Assembly (NCBI GenBank): GCA_002269645.1
Contig: NIVC01004339.1
Location: 1-49,560, forward strand
DNA: 49,560 bases
Source: Macrostomum lignano
Taxonomy: Eukaryota
Direction of reading: 5' to 3'
The notes beneath the pieces were generated by a model. The model saw only the letters and a list, made by a program, of their open reading frames with translations. It was not told where the DNA came from and ran no database searches. The translations under genes were made by a program, and so were the position numbers. Of this stretch, positions 35,625 through 47,757 are shown piece by piece (positions within the stretch are counted from its first letter, which is position 1; each line of letters starts with the position of its first letter).

Positions 35625-37710
35625 TCAGTGCCTGAGTCTCTGAGTGTCTCTGTGTCTCAGTGTCTGAGTGTCTCAGTATCTCTGTCTGTATCTCTGTGTC
35701 TCAGTGTCTAAGTGTCTCAGTATCTCTGTCTGTATCTCTGTGTCTCAGTGTCTAAGTGTCTCAGTATCTCTGTCTGTATCTCTGTGTCTCAGTGTCTAAG
35801 TGTCTCAGTATCTCTGTCTGTATTTCTGTGTCTCAGTGTCTAAGTGTCTCAGTATCTCTGTCTGTATCTCTGTGTCTCAGTGTCTAAGTGTCTGAGTGTC
35901 TCAGTATCTCTGTCTGTATCTCTGTGTCTCAGTGTCTAAGTGTCTGAGTGTCTCAGTATCTCTGTCTGTATCTCTGTCTCAGTGTCTAAGTGTCTGAGTG
36001 TCTGAGTATCTCTGTCTGTATCTCTGTGTCTCAGTGTCTGAGTGTCTCAGTATCTCTGTCTGTATCTCTGTGTCTCAGTGTCTGAGTGTCTCAGTATCTC
36101 TGTCTGTATCTCTGTGTCTCAGTGTCTGAGTGTCTCAGTATCTCTGTCTGTATCTCTGTGTCTCAGTGTCTGAGTGTCTCAGTATCTCTGTCTGTATCTC
36201 TGTGTCTCAGTGTCTAAGTGTCTCAGTATCTCTGTCTGTATCTCTGTGTCTCAGTGTCTAAGTGTCTCAGTATCTCTGTCTGTATCTCTGTGTCTCAGTG
36301 TCTAAGTGTCTCAGTATCTCTGTCTGTATCTCTGTGTCTCAGTGTCTAAGTGTCTCAGTATCTCTGTCTGTATTTCTGTGTCTCAGTGTCTAAGTGTCTC
36401 AGTATCTCTGTCTGTATCTCTGTGTCTCAGTGTCTAAGTGTCTCAGTATCTCTGTCTGTATCTCTGTGTCTCAGTGTCTAAGTGTCTCAGTATCTCTGTC
36501 TGTATCTCTGTGTCTCAGTGTCTGAGTGTCTCAGTATCTCTGTCTGTATCTCTGTGTCTCAGTGTCTGAGTGTCTCAGTATCTCTGTCTGTATCTCTGTG
36601 TCTCAGTGTCTGAGTGTCTCAGTATCTCTGTCTGTATCTCTGTGTCTCAGTGTCTAAGTGTCTCAGTATCTCTGTCTGTATCTCTGTGTCTCAGTGTCTA
36701 AGTGTCTCAGTATCTCTGTCTGTATCTCTGTCTCAGTGTCTAAGTGTCTCAGTATCTCTGTCTGTATCTCTGTGTCTCAGTGTCTAAGTGTCTCAGTATC
36801 TCTGTCTGTATCTCTGTCTCAGTGTCTAAGTGTCTGAGTGTCTCAGTATCTCTGTCTGTATCTCTGTGTCTCAGTGTCTAAGTGTCTCAGTATCTCTGTC
36901 TGTATCTCTGTGTCTCAGTGTCTAAGTGTCTCAGTATCTCTGTCTGTATCTCTGTGTCTCAGTGTCTGAGTGTCTCAGTATCTCTGTCTGTATCTCTGTG
37001 TCTCAGTGTCTAAGTGTCTGAGTGTCTCAGTATCTCTGTCTGTATCTCTGTGTCCCAGTGTCTAAGTGTCTCAGTATCTCTGTCTGTATCTCTGTGTCTC
37101 AGTGTCTGAGTGTCTCAGTATCTCTGTCTGTATCTCTGTGTCTCAGTGTCTGAGTGTCTGAGTGTCTCTGTCTGTATCTCTGTGTCTCAGTGTCTAAGTG
37201 TCTCAGTATCTCTGTCTGTATCTCTGTGTCTCAGTGTCTAAGTGTCTCAGTATCTCTGTCTGTATCTCTGTGTCTCAGTGTCTAAGTGTCTGAGTGTCTC
37301 AGTATCTCTGTCTGTATCTCTGTGTCTCAGTGTCTAAGTGTCTCAGTATCTCTGTCTGTATCTCTGTGTCTCAGTGTCTAAGTGTCTCAGTATCTCTGTC
37401 TGTATCTCTGTGTCTCAGTGTCTAAGTGTCTCAGTATCTCTGTCTGTATCTCTGTGTCTCAGTGTCTAAGTGTCTCAGTATCTCTGTCTGTATCTCTGTG
37501 TCTCGGTGTCTAAGTGTCTCAGTATCTCTGTCTGTATCTCTGTGTCTCAGTGTCTAAGTGTCTGAGTGTCTCAGTATCTCTGTCTGTATCTCAGTGTCTC
37601 AGTGTCTGAGTGTCTCAGTATCTCTGTCTGTATCTCTGTGTCTCAGTGTCTAAGTGTCTTGGTGTCTGAGTGTCTCAGTATCTCAGTATCTCAGTGTCTC
37701 AGTGTCTCAG
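35625..37710. repeat. 44-bp minisatellite TCTCAGTATCTCTGTCTGTATCTCTGTGTCTCAGTGTCTAAGTG, ~47 copies
   Basis: TCAGTGTCTAAG at 35701, 35745 etc. Confidence 0.95.
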
Positions 37711-39716
37711 CTATTTCAGCTTCCAGCTCCCCACGTCTCCCCACTTGCCGACTGTTGCGTGCCGAAGCCTCAAAAGCTGCGGTCCCCCGGCCTGCATTCG
37801 CCAAGCATTTTCAGCTCCAAAGCCCCGCTCAAAACACTCGAGTCTCCCTCAGCTCAAATCAAGTGGCATAGCGGTCTTGTTTACTGGCCCTCCCACGTGA
37901 CCCCCCCCTCCCTCCCGCTGCCCTCCCCCCTCTTTCTCTCCGGCAAATTGCAGGGACGAAAAATTCTAAAGTGCCGTTGACCTCCGCTTGCCTACCTGAC
38001 CTCCGCCCAGACCAAGGCTCGCTTCAGGTAGCCGCAGCTTTCGGTGTCAGAAATTTGACCCAGCTTTACAAGTTGCCTGGTTCTGTCAGTTTTTTGCTCG
38101 GGCAAACTGGATTGATAGAAGCTTGTAGGAATTAAGTTGTTTCTTCTGTAAGCTTCTTTCGGCCAATAGAATCTCGCCTGGACACTCAAGATCCCAAGTC
38201 CATGTCATGGGGGGGGGGTTGTTTATCCCACCAAAGCTGGCGAGGATGTTTATGCAATCTGCAGGACCAGGGTTAGTCGGCTTGCACTTTTTCGCGATTG
38301 CCAGTTTTCCTCCCTCTGGTGATTTTGAGTTTCGCGAGCCAGGCAAACTAAGAAGAACAAAGTGAATCCCCGGAGAGTCAATCAGCTTGATGGAGCGGCT
38401 AAAGAGGCTTGTCAAAAGAGTAAGATGGGCTGGGACGACCAGATGACGCGCTTAGTCACTTGGCAGTTCCTCAGATCTCGAATTCCTCTGCTTCGAGCTT
38501 CGAGGCTCGAAGCGAGCGCTGAAGAGGCGGAACACATCAGTCACGATAAGATTGCGGCCCCGATTTCAGTTTGCGCGAATTTCGCTTTCTCTGTAGCTTG
38601 GAGACTGAGCGGCATTCGGCGATGCCTCATCTGTTGCTAGAAAGCTCATTAACACAGCGTGGGGTGGTGGAGCTCCAATCTGTCCGGTTTGCCAGCTGGC
38701 CGAGACCGCCGATCCTCCTCGGCCTAAACAGTTTCGAACCCTGGTGTTGCAGCCAGTTGGCGCCGGCACCGCGGGGCAGTTAATTTCGAATAGTTTGTCG
38801 AACTGGTAATGGAGATTGTGCGCTGCGTTGCGCAACTGCAGATTCAACTGGAAATTTCCTTCGTGGGAAGGGGAGCTGACAGCTGACACGCACTGGGGGG
38901 GATGTGAGTGCTATGAGGGGAAGTGATAGGGATTATGGGAAATCTGATGGAACTGAAGTGACGAAGGACCGGACAGGCCCGCAATCCCAGCCCCCAGATA
39001 CCGATCAGATCCCCCTGCAGCACCTTCTAGTTGAGTGCTGTGGGAAATTTTGACTTGAAAATTCTGGAGAACCGAGAAGGAGAATTCACTGATGAAGCTG
39101 GGAGATTCTGCGTCGCCTTAGCCGCACGAGTAAGGTGCATGACTAACGCTAAAGCAAGCAAATTTATGAGACATCTGGCGTTTGCAAGCAGGCAGAGAGG
39201 CTGGAATTCGTGGAGCTTTGCTCACCTCCATCACCAAAAACTTTCTCCTGCCTTCTTTCCGATCCGAGGAAGCTGAAGGGAGAGCTGAGGATTCGGATCC
39301 CTCTAGATGCAGAAGAGAAGCTGGAAGGGACGCTGCGCGTGGGGATTTAAGGCTTTGCTAAGGATAAACAAAGCCTGAGCATATTGCGGGGCATTAGTGG
39401 GGGGAATGGAAACGAATGGGATTAAATGGGAAAAGAGCCGAAAGCTTCCGGGCACGCGTTCTTCGTTTGAGTTGCTGCTCAACCAACAGATCCCAGGGCT
39501 TCCAGCTCAGCCGCCATCACCCACTACTTTCGCTCTTCACGCCTGGGAAGGGCTGGTAGCGGTTCAACTGTCGGCTTGGTTAATATTTGCTGTCACCCAC
39601 ACTGCCTGTCTCCGGTGTGGCGGCCTCTTCAGATAAGTTTTGCTTATCATGGTCCGTTTGGATGGGAATCGAGTCGAAGCATAACGAAATCATTGTGCTC
39701 ATTGAATACACTCGTA

Positions 39717-41553
39717 GGGGGAGAGAGGATCAGAGAGAGAGGGAGAGAGAGGATCAGAGAGAGAGAGAGAGGATCAGAGAGAGAGGGAGAGTGGATCAGA
39801 GAGAGAGAGAGAGGATCAGAGAGAGAGAGAGAGAGGATCAGAGAGAGAGAGAGAGAGAGGATCAGAGAGAGAGGGAGAGTGGATCAGAGAGAGAGAGGAT
39901 CAGAGAGAGAGGAAGAGAGAATCAGAGAGAGAGGAAGAGAGGATCATAGAGACAGGAAGAGAGGATCAGAGAGAGGGAGAGAGGATCAGAGAGAGGGAGA
40001 GAGAGGATCAGAGAGAGGGAGAGAGGATCAGAGAGAGGGAGAGAGAGGATCAGAGAGAGAGAGAGAGGATCAGAGAGAGAGGAAGAGAGGATCAGAGAGA
40101 GAGGAAGAGAGGATCATAGAGACAGGAAGAGAGGATCAGAGAGAGGGAGAGAGGATCAGAGAGAGGGAGAGAGAGGATCAGAGAGAGGGAGAGAGGATCA
40201 GAGAGAGGGAGAGAGAGGATCAGAGAGAGAGGAAGAGAGGATCATAGAGACAGGAAGAGAGGATCAGAGAGAGGGAGAGAGGATCAGAGAGAGGGAGAGA
40301 GAGGATCAGAGAGAGGGAGAGAGGATCAGAGAGAGGGAGAGAGAGGATCAGAGAGAGAGAGAGAGAGGATCAGAGAGAGAGGAAGAGAGGATCAGAGAGA
40401 GAGGGAGAGAGGATCAAAGAGACAGGAAGAGAGGATCAGAGTGAGGGAGAGAGGATCATAGAGACAGGGAGAGAGGATCAGAGAGAGAGGGAGAGAGGAT
40501 CATAGAGACAGGGAGAGAGGATCAGAGAGAGAGGGAGAGAGGATCATAGAGACAGGGAGAGAGGATCAGAGAGAGAGGGAGAGAGGATCAGAGAGAGAGG
40601 GAGAGAGGATCAGAGAGAGAGGAAGAGAGGATCAGAGAGAGAGGGAGAGAGGATCAGAGAGAGGGAGAGAGAGGATCAAAGAGAGAGGGAGAGAGAGGAT
40701 CAGAGAGAGGGAGAGAGGATCAGAGAGAGGGAGAGAGAATCAGAGAGAGAGGGAGAGAGGATCATAGAGAGAGGGAGAGAGAGGATCAGAGAGAGGGAGA
40801 GAGAGGATCAAAGAGAGAGGGAGAGAGAGGATCAGAGAGAGGGAGAGAGGATCAGAGAGAGGGAGAGAGAATCAGAGAGAGAGGGAGAGAGAATCAGAGA
40901 GAGAGGGAGAGAGGATCATAGAGAGAGGGAGAGAGAGGATCAGAGAGAGGGAGAGAGAGGATCAAAGAGAGAGGGAGAGAGAGGATCAGAGAGAGGGAGA
41001 GAGGATCAGAGAGAGGGAGAGAGAAGATCAGAGAGAGGGAGAGAGAGGATCAGAGAGAGGGAGAGAGAGGATCAAAGAGAGAGGGAGAGAGAGGATCAGA
41101 GAGAGGGAGAGAGGATCAGAGAGAGGGAGAGAGAGGATCAGAGAGAGAGGGAGAGAGAATCAGAGAGAGAGGGAGAGAGAATCAGAGAGAGAGGAAGAGA
41201 GGATCATAGAGACAGGAAGAGAGGATCAGAGAGAGGGAGAGAGGATCAGAGAGAGGGAGAGAGAATCAGAGAGAGAGGGAGAGAGAATCAGAGAGAGAGG
41301 GAGAGAGGATCATAGAGAGAGGGAGAGAGAATCAGAGAGAGAGGGAGAGAGAATCAGAGAGAGAGGGAGAGAGGATCATAGAGAGAGGGAGAGAGAGGAT
41401 CAGAGAGAGGGAGAGAGAGGATCAAAGAGAGAGGGAGAGAGAGGATCAGAGAGAGGGAGAGAGGATCAGAGAGAGGGAGAGAGAGGATCAGAGAGAAGGA
41501 GAGAGAGGATCAGAGAGAGGAAGAGAGAGGATCAGAGAGAGGGAGAGAGAGGA
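39717..41553. repeat. GA-rich minisatellite, core GAGAGAGGGAGAGAGGATCA, same family as 26.6-27.5 kb
   Basis: Direct reading. Confidence 0.95.
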
Positions 41554-42626
41554 TTAGATTTACCAAAGCTAACGGCATGGTTGGCAAGCGTCAGTTTGTA
41601 TGCCAGAAGTTATGCGCCGCTTCTCCAAGCAGCTACAAAGATTATCTTAAGCGTGTCTTCGAACAACCCCAGAGTCCCCAAATATAGCACAGCTGGGGCC
41701 TAGATGGTGCACGACTGGCTCCTAACCGGGCCATTGGGGACCAAGAGGGTTTGGTCTGACTGGGACCCTGTCTGTCTGCAGGCCCCCTTATTCGGGTCAA
41801 CTGGTCGAGTCCCTTGCCCCCCCCCCCCCCTACCAAAATTGGCAGCTGCTGCTTGAAGAAGGAGGCAGCGACAGGAGTCTAGCGAGAGAGAGAGAGAATC
41901 TGCAGGCGTTATTTGGGGGCAAGAATAAAAATAGAGGAGGAAGGCAGCAAGCCGAGGGAGGCCCTGATGGTGAGCCAGCCAATGGCGGCGGGGCTCCCCA
42001 CCGGCCACAGTACGGCAGTGCGAGAGAGAGGCAGAACCGGTTGGGGGAGGAGGGGTTGCGGGGACTGAGGGGCCGGGCGTGAAAGGAAAGAAAAGGGAGA
42101 GAGGGCGAGTCACTGAGGGCAGACTCAGTCCAAGGAGCCCCCAGCACATGGCAAGCGGCTGCCGACACAACGCTTTCGAGCTTCGCTTTTCCAACATGCG
42201 CCAGGATTCGAACTGGTCAGCGCGTCGAAATCTATAAAGAATTTAATTGCCAAAGCAACCTGCAGTTTTGTGACCATCCCAGTTGCGTCATACCTGCCTG
42301 CAGCCACTTAAAAAGTTTAATAGCCTTCGCAATTTCGCGCGAGGCCGCGCTTCTAAAAGCAGCTGTTTTGCTAGGAAACCGGCAAGCAAAGAGACGAAAA
42401 GAAGAGACAAAAGAAGCACAGCGAGATTCATCAGATAAGAGACCCGTCGCAGTTTCTAAGCCATGACGCGAGCCGGGCCGCCCCAGCAACCCCCAGGCAT
42501 CTAGACCTCTCGTCGAGTACCTCGCTGGCCCGGGCCCGCCCACCCGATCGAAGGTCGAATGCTTGAGTCTCGAGTCACCTGACGGGACCAGCTCGAGTCC
42601 CCGGTGCAAACCCCGGACCCAAATCC

Positions 42627-44225
42627 ATGGGTGCCCACCTGTCTTGCCTGCACAAGAGGCGGTCGGCCGCTGCGCGGCTTGCAAAAAAGAACGGCCGGAC
42701 CGGACGCGGCGTTGGTTGCTATAGCAACCGCAGGCAAAACGGAGGCGAGCAGCAGCAGCAGCATCCGCCAGGCTACGTGGTCGCGGAATACTTGGTGGAC
42801 TTCGGCGACTGCAAGCTGCATCAGAACTGCCGCCTGCTGACCACCGCAGGGCCAGCAGCTCAGCCGGGCAAGCCCCCAACCAGTCTCCATGGCAACGGCG
42901 ATGCTGTACCGCTCAGAAGACGTCCGATGACGTCAAATCAGCCACTACCGAACCGGTCGCCCTTCAGCAAGTGCGGCAACGGCGGCGGTTGCAGCAGTAG
43001 CGGCCGAGTCCGGCCAAGCTGCCCGGTTCACGGCTCCCGACAGCCGCAGCAGCCGCAGTCCGGCAGCGGCAGGAACGGTGCAGCCAGGCCCCGGCTGGGG
43101 TACATCCCGGCCGCGCAGCCGGCTCCGCAGCCCGCCAAGCCGTTCGCCACCGTGGCGAACCGCCTGTCGATCAGCTTTGATGAGAAGCGCCTATCGAAGT
43201 TTGTCGCCACCTCGCCGAGCAGGGGTGCCGAATCCGCCAGCCGGGTCGCTCCGAGCGCCAGGATCCCGCTGGAGTCCCCGGTGGACACGCCGCCGCCGTC
43301 TCCTCCACCGGCTCCGCTGCCGCCATCCTCCTCAAGGAGGTCCGCTGCGGCGTTGACTACGCAGGCCGCCCCGCCGTCGCAGGGCAGCCAGACGTCGCTG
43401 GTGAACTTCCTGAAGCGGACCAACAGTACCGAGTCGCAGTTCAAGGTGACGGTCCGTCGGGGACGCGGAAGCCGGGCAGGGCGCCAGCACGCGGGCCCAC
43501 GAGTCAGCTTCCGGCCCGCCATCACCCGCGCCGCGGCCAAGACCATCGAAGTGATCGACACCAGACCGACCGTGGAGTACCGGCCGCGGTACACCTGCCT
43601 GCGTCGATCTCTGGTGGAAGGTCTCGAACGGATGCACCTGCTGCAGCCAGCCGAGCTTGCGGTTGACGAAGAAGCTTCGGACAGCGGGCGGAAGAGTCGC
43701 CGAGACTCAGTTCGGGCCGGCGGCGATTCGGAACCACGGGCGCACAGCGAGCCGGGCGGAGGCGGCAGCGGCGCCGGTACGCCATCACGGAGACGCTGCC
43801 AGACGGTGTCGCGCGATCCTCCGCGAAGCCCCTCGGCGGCAACGCTGGCAGCGGCGCGGAAAGACCCGAACCAGCGCACCTTCTACTTCTTCCACATCCG
43901 AGCGAGCTCGCTAGCACAGAGCGAGGCCTTCCTGTTCGACAGCCTGGTGGTCTGCCTGGCCCGCCGCTACGGCTGCTGGCTGCGCCTGGTGCCGATGGCG
44001 GAGTCGCAGGACCTGCCACCGGGACTGCGCCGCGTTGAGGTGGCCGGCCCGGGCTTCCGGGAGATCCGGCGCTTCCTGCACCAGCTGACCGCCAGCCCGG
44101 AGACTCAGGCGCTGCACCAGCGGGTGCAGGAGCGGTTCCTGCCGCCTGACGACCGCTGCAGCAGCTACGCGAGGTCCTTTTATCTGGCAACGTCGAATGG
44201 GGAACTGCAGGCGAGTCTGGTGTGA
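42627..44225 (+). CDS. 532-aa intronless hypothetical protein: MGAHLSC N-terminus, disordered P/S/R-rich middle, ~110-aa globular C-terminal domain
   Basis: 1.6-kb ORF with high GC3 in non-repetitive sequence. An in-frame TGA lies ~60 nt upstream, so this ATG is the first possible start. The C-terminal segment alternates hydrophobic strands and amphipathic helices. Confidence 0.8.
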   Translation: MGAHLSCLHKRRSAAARLAKKNGRTGRGVGCYSNRRQNGGEQQQQHPPGYVVAEYLVDFGDCKLHQNCRLLTTAGPAAQPGKPPTSLHGNGDAVPLRRRPMTSNQPLPNRSPFSKCGNGGGCSSSGRVRPSCPVHGSRQPQQPQSGSGRNGAARPRLGYIPAAQPAPQPAKPFATVANRLSISFDEKRLSKFVATSPSRGAESASRVAPSARIPLESPVDTPPPSPPPAPLPPSSSRRSAAALTTQAAPPSQGSQTSLVNFLKRTNSTESQFKVTVRRGRGSRAGRQHAGPRVSFRPAITRAAAKTIEVIDTRPTVEYRPRYTCLRRSLVEGLERMHLLQPAELAVDEEASDSGRKSRRDSVRAGGDSEPRAHSEPGGGGSGAGTPSRRRCQTVSRDPPRSPSAATLAAARKDPNQRTFYFFHIRASSLAQSEAFLFDSLVVCLARRYGCWLRLVPMAESQDLPPGLRRVEVAGPGFREIRRFLHQLTASPETQALHQRVQERFLPPDDRCSSYARSFYLATSNGELQASLV

Positions 44226-44344
44226 CTGGGTGACGGACTGGACTGACATGCTCTGAGGGAACGGCGGGAGTGTCGGGTGGCGGAACACTTGGTATATTTT
44301 GCTAATTTATTGGGTCAAATGCTTCTTCGGATTTCCGGTCAGAA

Positions 44345-44630
44345 GTTCCGGGTTTTGGGTCAGTGACTTCGGGTTTTGGGTCAGTGACTTCGGGTTTTGG
44401 GTCAGTGACTTCGGGTTTTGGGTCAGTGACTTCGGGTTTTGGGTCAATGACTTCGGGTTTTGGGTCAATGACTTCGGGTTTTGGGTCAATGACTTTGGGT
44501 TTTGGGTCAATGACTTCGGGTTTATGGATTAGTGACTTCGGGTTTTGGGTCAGATATTTCGGGTTTTGGGTCAGATATTTCGGGTTTTGGGTCAGATATT
44601 TTGGCTTTTGGGTCAGTAAATTCGGTTTTT
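44345..44630. repeat. 21-bp minisatellite GGGTTTTGGGTCAGTGACTTC, ~13 copies
   Basis: 7-aa periodic ORFs (SDFGFWV). Confidence 0.95.
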
Positions 44631-47129
44631 GGCGCAGACGCTTTTTGTTATTTTTGAGACCTTTCACCGGGTATGTTAGGATTTTTTGCTAGTGGGAAAC
44701 TATTTGCCTCAGCCTGGCAGCCTGAAAATGTGTCCGAAGGCTCGCCGAACTTTTTTGGGCAAAAAATCAGCTGACTGGCTGGGATCCTGGGAAATTTTGG
44801 CCATCGGCCGGTCGCTGACGAAATGCGTGCCCACCTGACAGAGTCGCCAAGTCTCCGCCGCCCCCCCCCCCAGCGGCACCCGCACCGCCCTCCTGGCACA
44901 GAAATTCCTGCAAAATTTTTTCGATGCGCTTTTTCCTCACCATTATCACCATTTTTGCCATCGCGAAATTCTCCCAGAGAAAAAACTGTGCCCTCTCTCT
45001 CAGATCCCCATCCGCCAGCCGCAGCCGCAGTCCCTTAATCCGCAAATCAGATCGCAATGGAAGCCAGGATGAACTTTTCCTGATGCGCTCTTTCTCTCGA
45101 CCACACAGTAGGAAAGGTGCGAAGAAGGTCTGGCAAAGGACGTTTTCAATCTGTAGGAAAACTTATGAAGTTTTTCCTGAATGCCATCCACTTTTTTGCG
45201 TTTTTCACCGCGCTCATGTCACACCGCTATGCCCGCTGCTCCTTTTAGAACATTTCAGTTTTGATGTCTTTTTTGGAATTATTCCACTCGATTTACCTCA
45301 GATTTTGCGCTGTTGTTCTCGCTCATTGCTTCTCTGTAGTTTTCAGTTGCTGGAGCATTGTGCGGATTTGCACCGGTCCCTGCAAATACCCCCCACCTGC
45401 TTGTATAGTATGGTACAGTACAGCCAAGTTGATAATATACCCGATTTCTGAGTCGAATTTTTATTTGTTTTTTGGATCCATCAAAATGCCGATATTTTTG
45501 CATTTATTTTTGAGTAGTTTTCCCTGTCCTGACTAGGGACTGCTGGGTAATTAATTTATGGGGACAAATCAGCTGCCAGGCCTGAGCAAAGCTAATTTGA
45601 AATGATGCAGAATTGGAGGCTGAACTTGGAGCTATTTGGGGATGGAGATCGGCATCTGAGCTCTGGTGGTCAAATTTAGAGAGATCAGAATGGGAGAGGC
45701 ACCGCAGATGTCTCCTGGGGACACGCCGCCCCATCCAGCAGTGAGCCGGAGCAGGAGTTCTCCACCCCCCCCCCCCCAGTGAGTCCGGGCCAGAGTCAAA
45801 GATTTTTTTCATCAGGCGGACTGCTAATATTTCCCGTCTCCCACAGCGGAATCGATTGACGGTGGCTTGAGGAGACGGGGGGGAGGGTACTGAGCTGGAG
45901 TCTGGGTTTAATCAGCGCACACATGCAGACACACATGCAGCACACATTGGCACGTGTGTCGCTACGCCGATGCTGTTAAAAAAAGCGCCACCGACTGAAC
46001 ACAGAGGCCAGGCAGGTAAGCGGCAGCCTTGGCGAATTAACGGGAATGAGTCACGGCAAAAGAAACCGGCGGAGGTTCTTTCAGAGAAGTTCCTGGCTTT
46101 GGTGGGCTGGGAAGATTTCTGTCCGGCCTGCGCCGGTGACGACATGTAGCTTGGAGAGTGGGAAAATGGTTTGTTTTTGTCTTAACTGAGGCATCACTCC
46201 TCGAAGTGCGCTGTCTGTCGCGCACAGGCTGGTCCAACAGGCCGGTGGCCAATGCTGCCAAAGCAGAGACCCCGATCGCTGTTTATTCAAGTCCGCCTGC
46301 TTTCCTAAGCACTGGCAGGCTGGCTGGCTGACTGGGCCTGGAGATGAAGCTTACCAGTATCCGCATGCGGTGATCGGTGACTAATGCTAGATTTTGGTCT
46401 CTGTGGCGGGGTATCGGAGATGATCCGAGAGCCAGATACAGTTCTATACTAAAACTTTATTGTCCAAGGGACGGCACCTGCAACTGGATTTGCCAAGGAC
46501 CCATCAGCTTTGAGGAATTAAACTTCAAAAGGAAAGCATGAAGTTTCCCCATGCAGTACGAGAGCTGCAGCAAGAGTGCCCGATTGAATGGCGGCGCAGC
46601 CAGTTTCAAAGAAAACACCGCATAAAAATGGCGCAGAAAGCGGAGCATTTTTCTGCTTTCATAATTGCTACAATTTCTGTTCTGTGCCAAATCAAAGGGC
46701 AAAGAAGAATTGTGCTCGAAATGCTACAGAAGAAATCGGGACCATTTCTTTAATCTGTCACGAGGCAAAATGGTGGGCGGGGTTGGAATCCACCCCAGGC
46801 TCGTGTCCTCAAACTGGGCGCTCCCAGTTGGGGGGGGAGATTTAAAAGTCTCAAAACGGGCAAAATTTGCATTGGCCTTCGTTCTTTTACAGGGCGGAAC
46901 TGAAACTTTTTTATAGAATTGAATGCATAGTTTTTATCTGGAGTGAAGTTGCCTGTCTGAGTTCAATCGGATTTTGCAATCTAAAACCCGCAGTATTGCA
47001 CAAACTTGTAGCATACAGCATTCTCCAAGCCAATAGCTCGCTCTAGGGTCAAGCTGTTCGAGACTTGCTTTTCATTATCACAGAGACCAACTCCACTGGC
47101 AATGAAGCATTTATATTTTCCCCATAGAC

Positions 47130-47170
47130 CAGGGGTCGGCGAACTTTTTACCCAAGGGCCAGATAAAGAA
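47130..47170 (+). mobile_element. hAT (Charlie-like) terminal sequence CAGGGGTCGGCGAACTTTTT...AAGGGCCAGATA
   Basis: Resembles, from memory, the ends of non-autonomous hAT-Charlie elements. Preceded by CCATAGAC, which fits the hAT nnnTAGAn 8-bp target preference. Partner end with the same duplication not found. Confidence 0.4.
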
Positions 47171-47189
47171 CCTAGCGCATGACTCATAT

Positions 47190-47757
47190 GAGGGGAGAGA
47201 GGAGAGGGAATACAGAAGAGAGATAGGAGAAAGGTGAGGCGAGGGAATAAAGGAGAAGAGGGGAGACAAGAGGAGAGGAGAGATAAAATAGGAGATGAGA
47301 GAGGAGAAGAGAGAGGAGGGAAGGGAGAGATTTGAGGAGAGGAGAGAAGAGGAGAGGAGAGGAGAGGAGAGGAGAGGAGAGGAGAGGAGAGGAGAGGAGA
47401 GGAGAGGAGAGGAGGAGAGAGAGGGAGAGGAGAGGAGAGGAGAGGAGAGGAGAGGAGAGGAGAGGTGAGGAGAGGAGAGGAGAGGAGAGGAGAGAGAGAA
47501 GAGAGAGGAGAGGAGAGTAGAGAAGAGGAGAGGAGAGGAGAGGAGAGGAGAGGAGAGGAGAGGAGAGGAGAGGAGAGGAGAGGAGAGGAGAGGAAAGGAG
47601 AGGAGAGGAGAGGAGAGAAGAGGAGAGGAGAGGAGAGGTGAGGAGAGGAGAGGAGAGGTGAGGAGAGAGAGGTGAGGAGAGGAGAGGAGAGGAGAAGGAG
47701 AAGGAGAGGAGAGGAGAGGAGAGGAGAGGAGAGGAGAGGAGAGGAGAGGAGAGGCGA
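47190..47757. repeat. (GGAGA)n pentanucleotide microsatellite
   Basis: Direct reading. Confidence 0.95.

Noticed and set aside
26561-41553. Long ORFs such as 28029..29789, 28046..29947, 32193..33296, 26791..27405 and 39576..40247
   Set aside because: Simple translations of minisatellites with no initiation context or domain content.
5268-41553. GATC present in three unrelated minisatellite units (31-bp, 28-bp, GA-rich)
   Set aside because: A 4-mer coincidence; most other arrays lack it and there is no Dam-type system to invoke.
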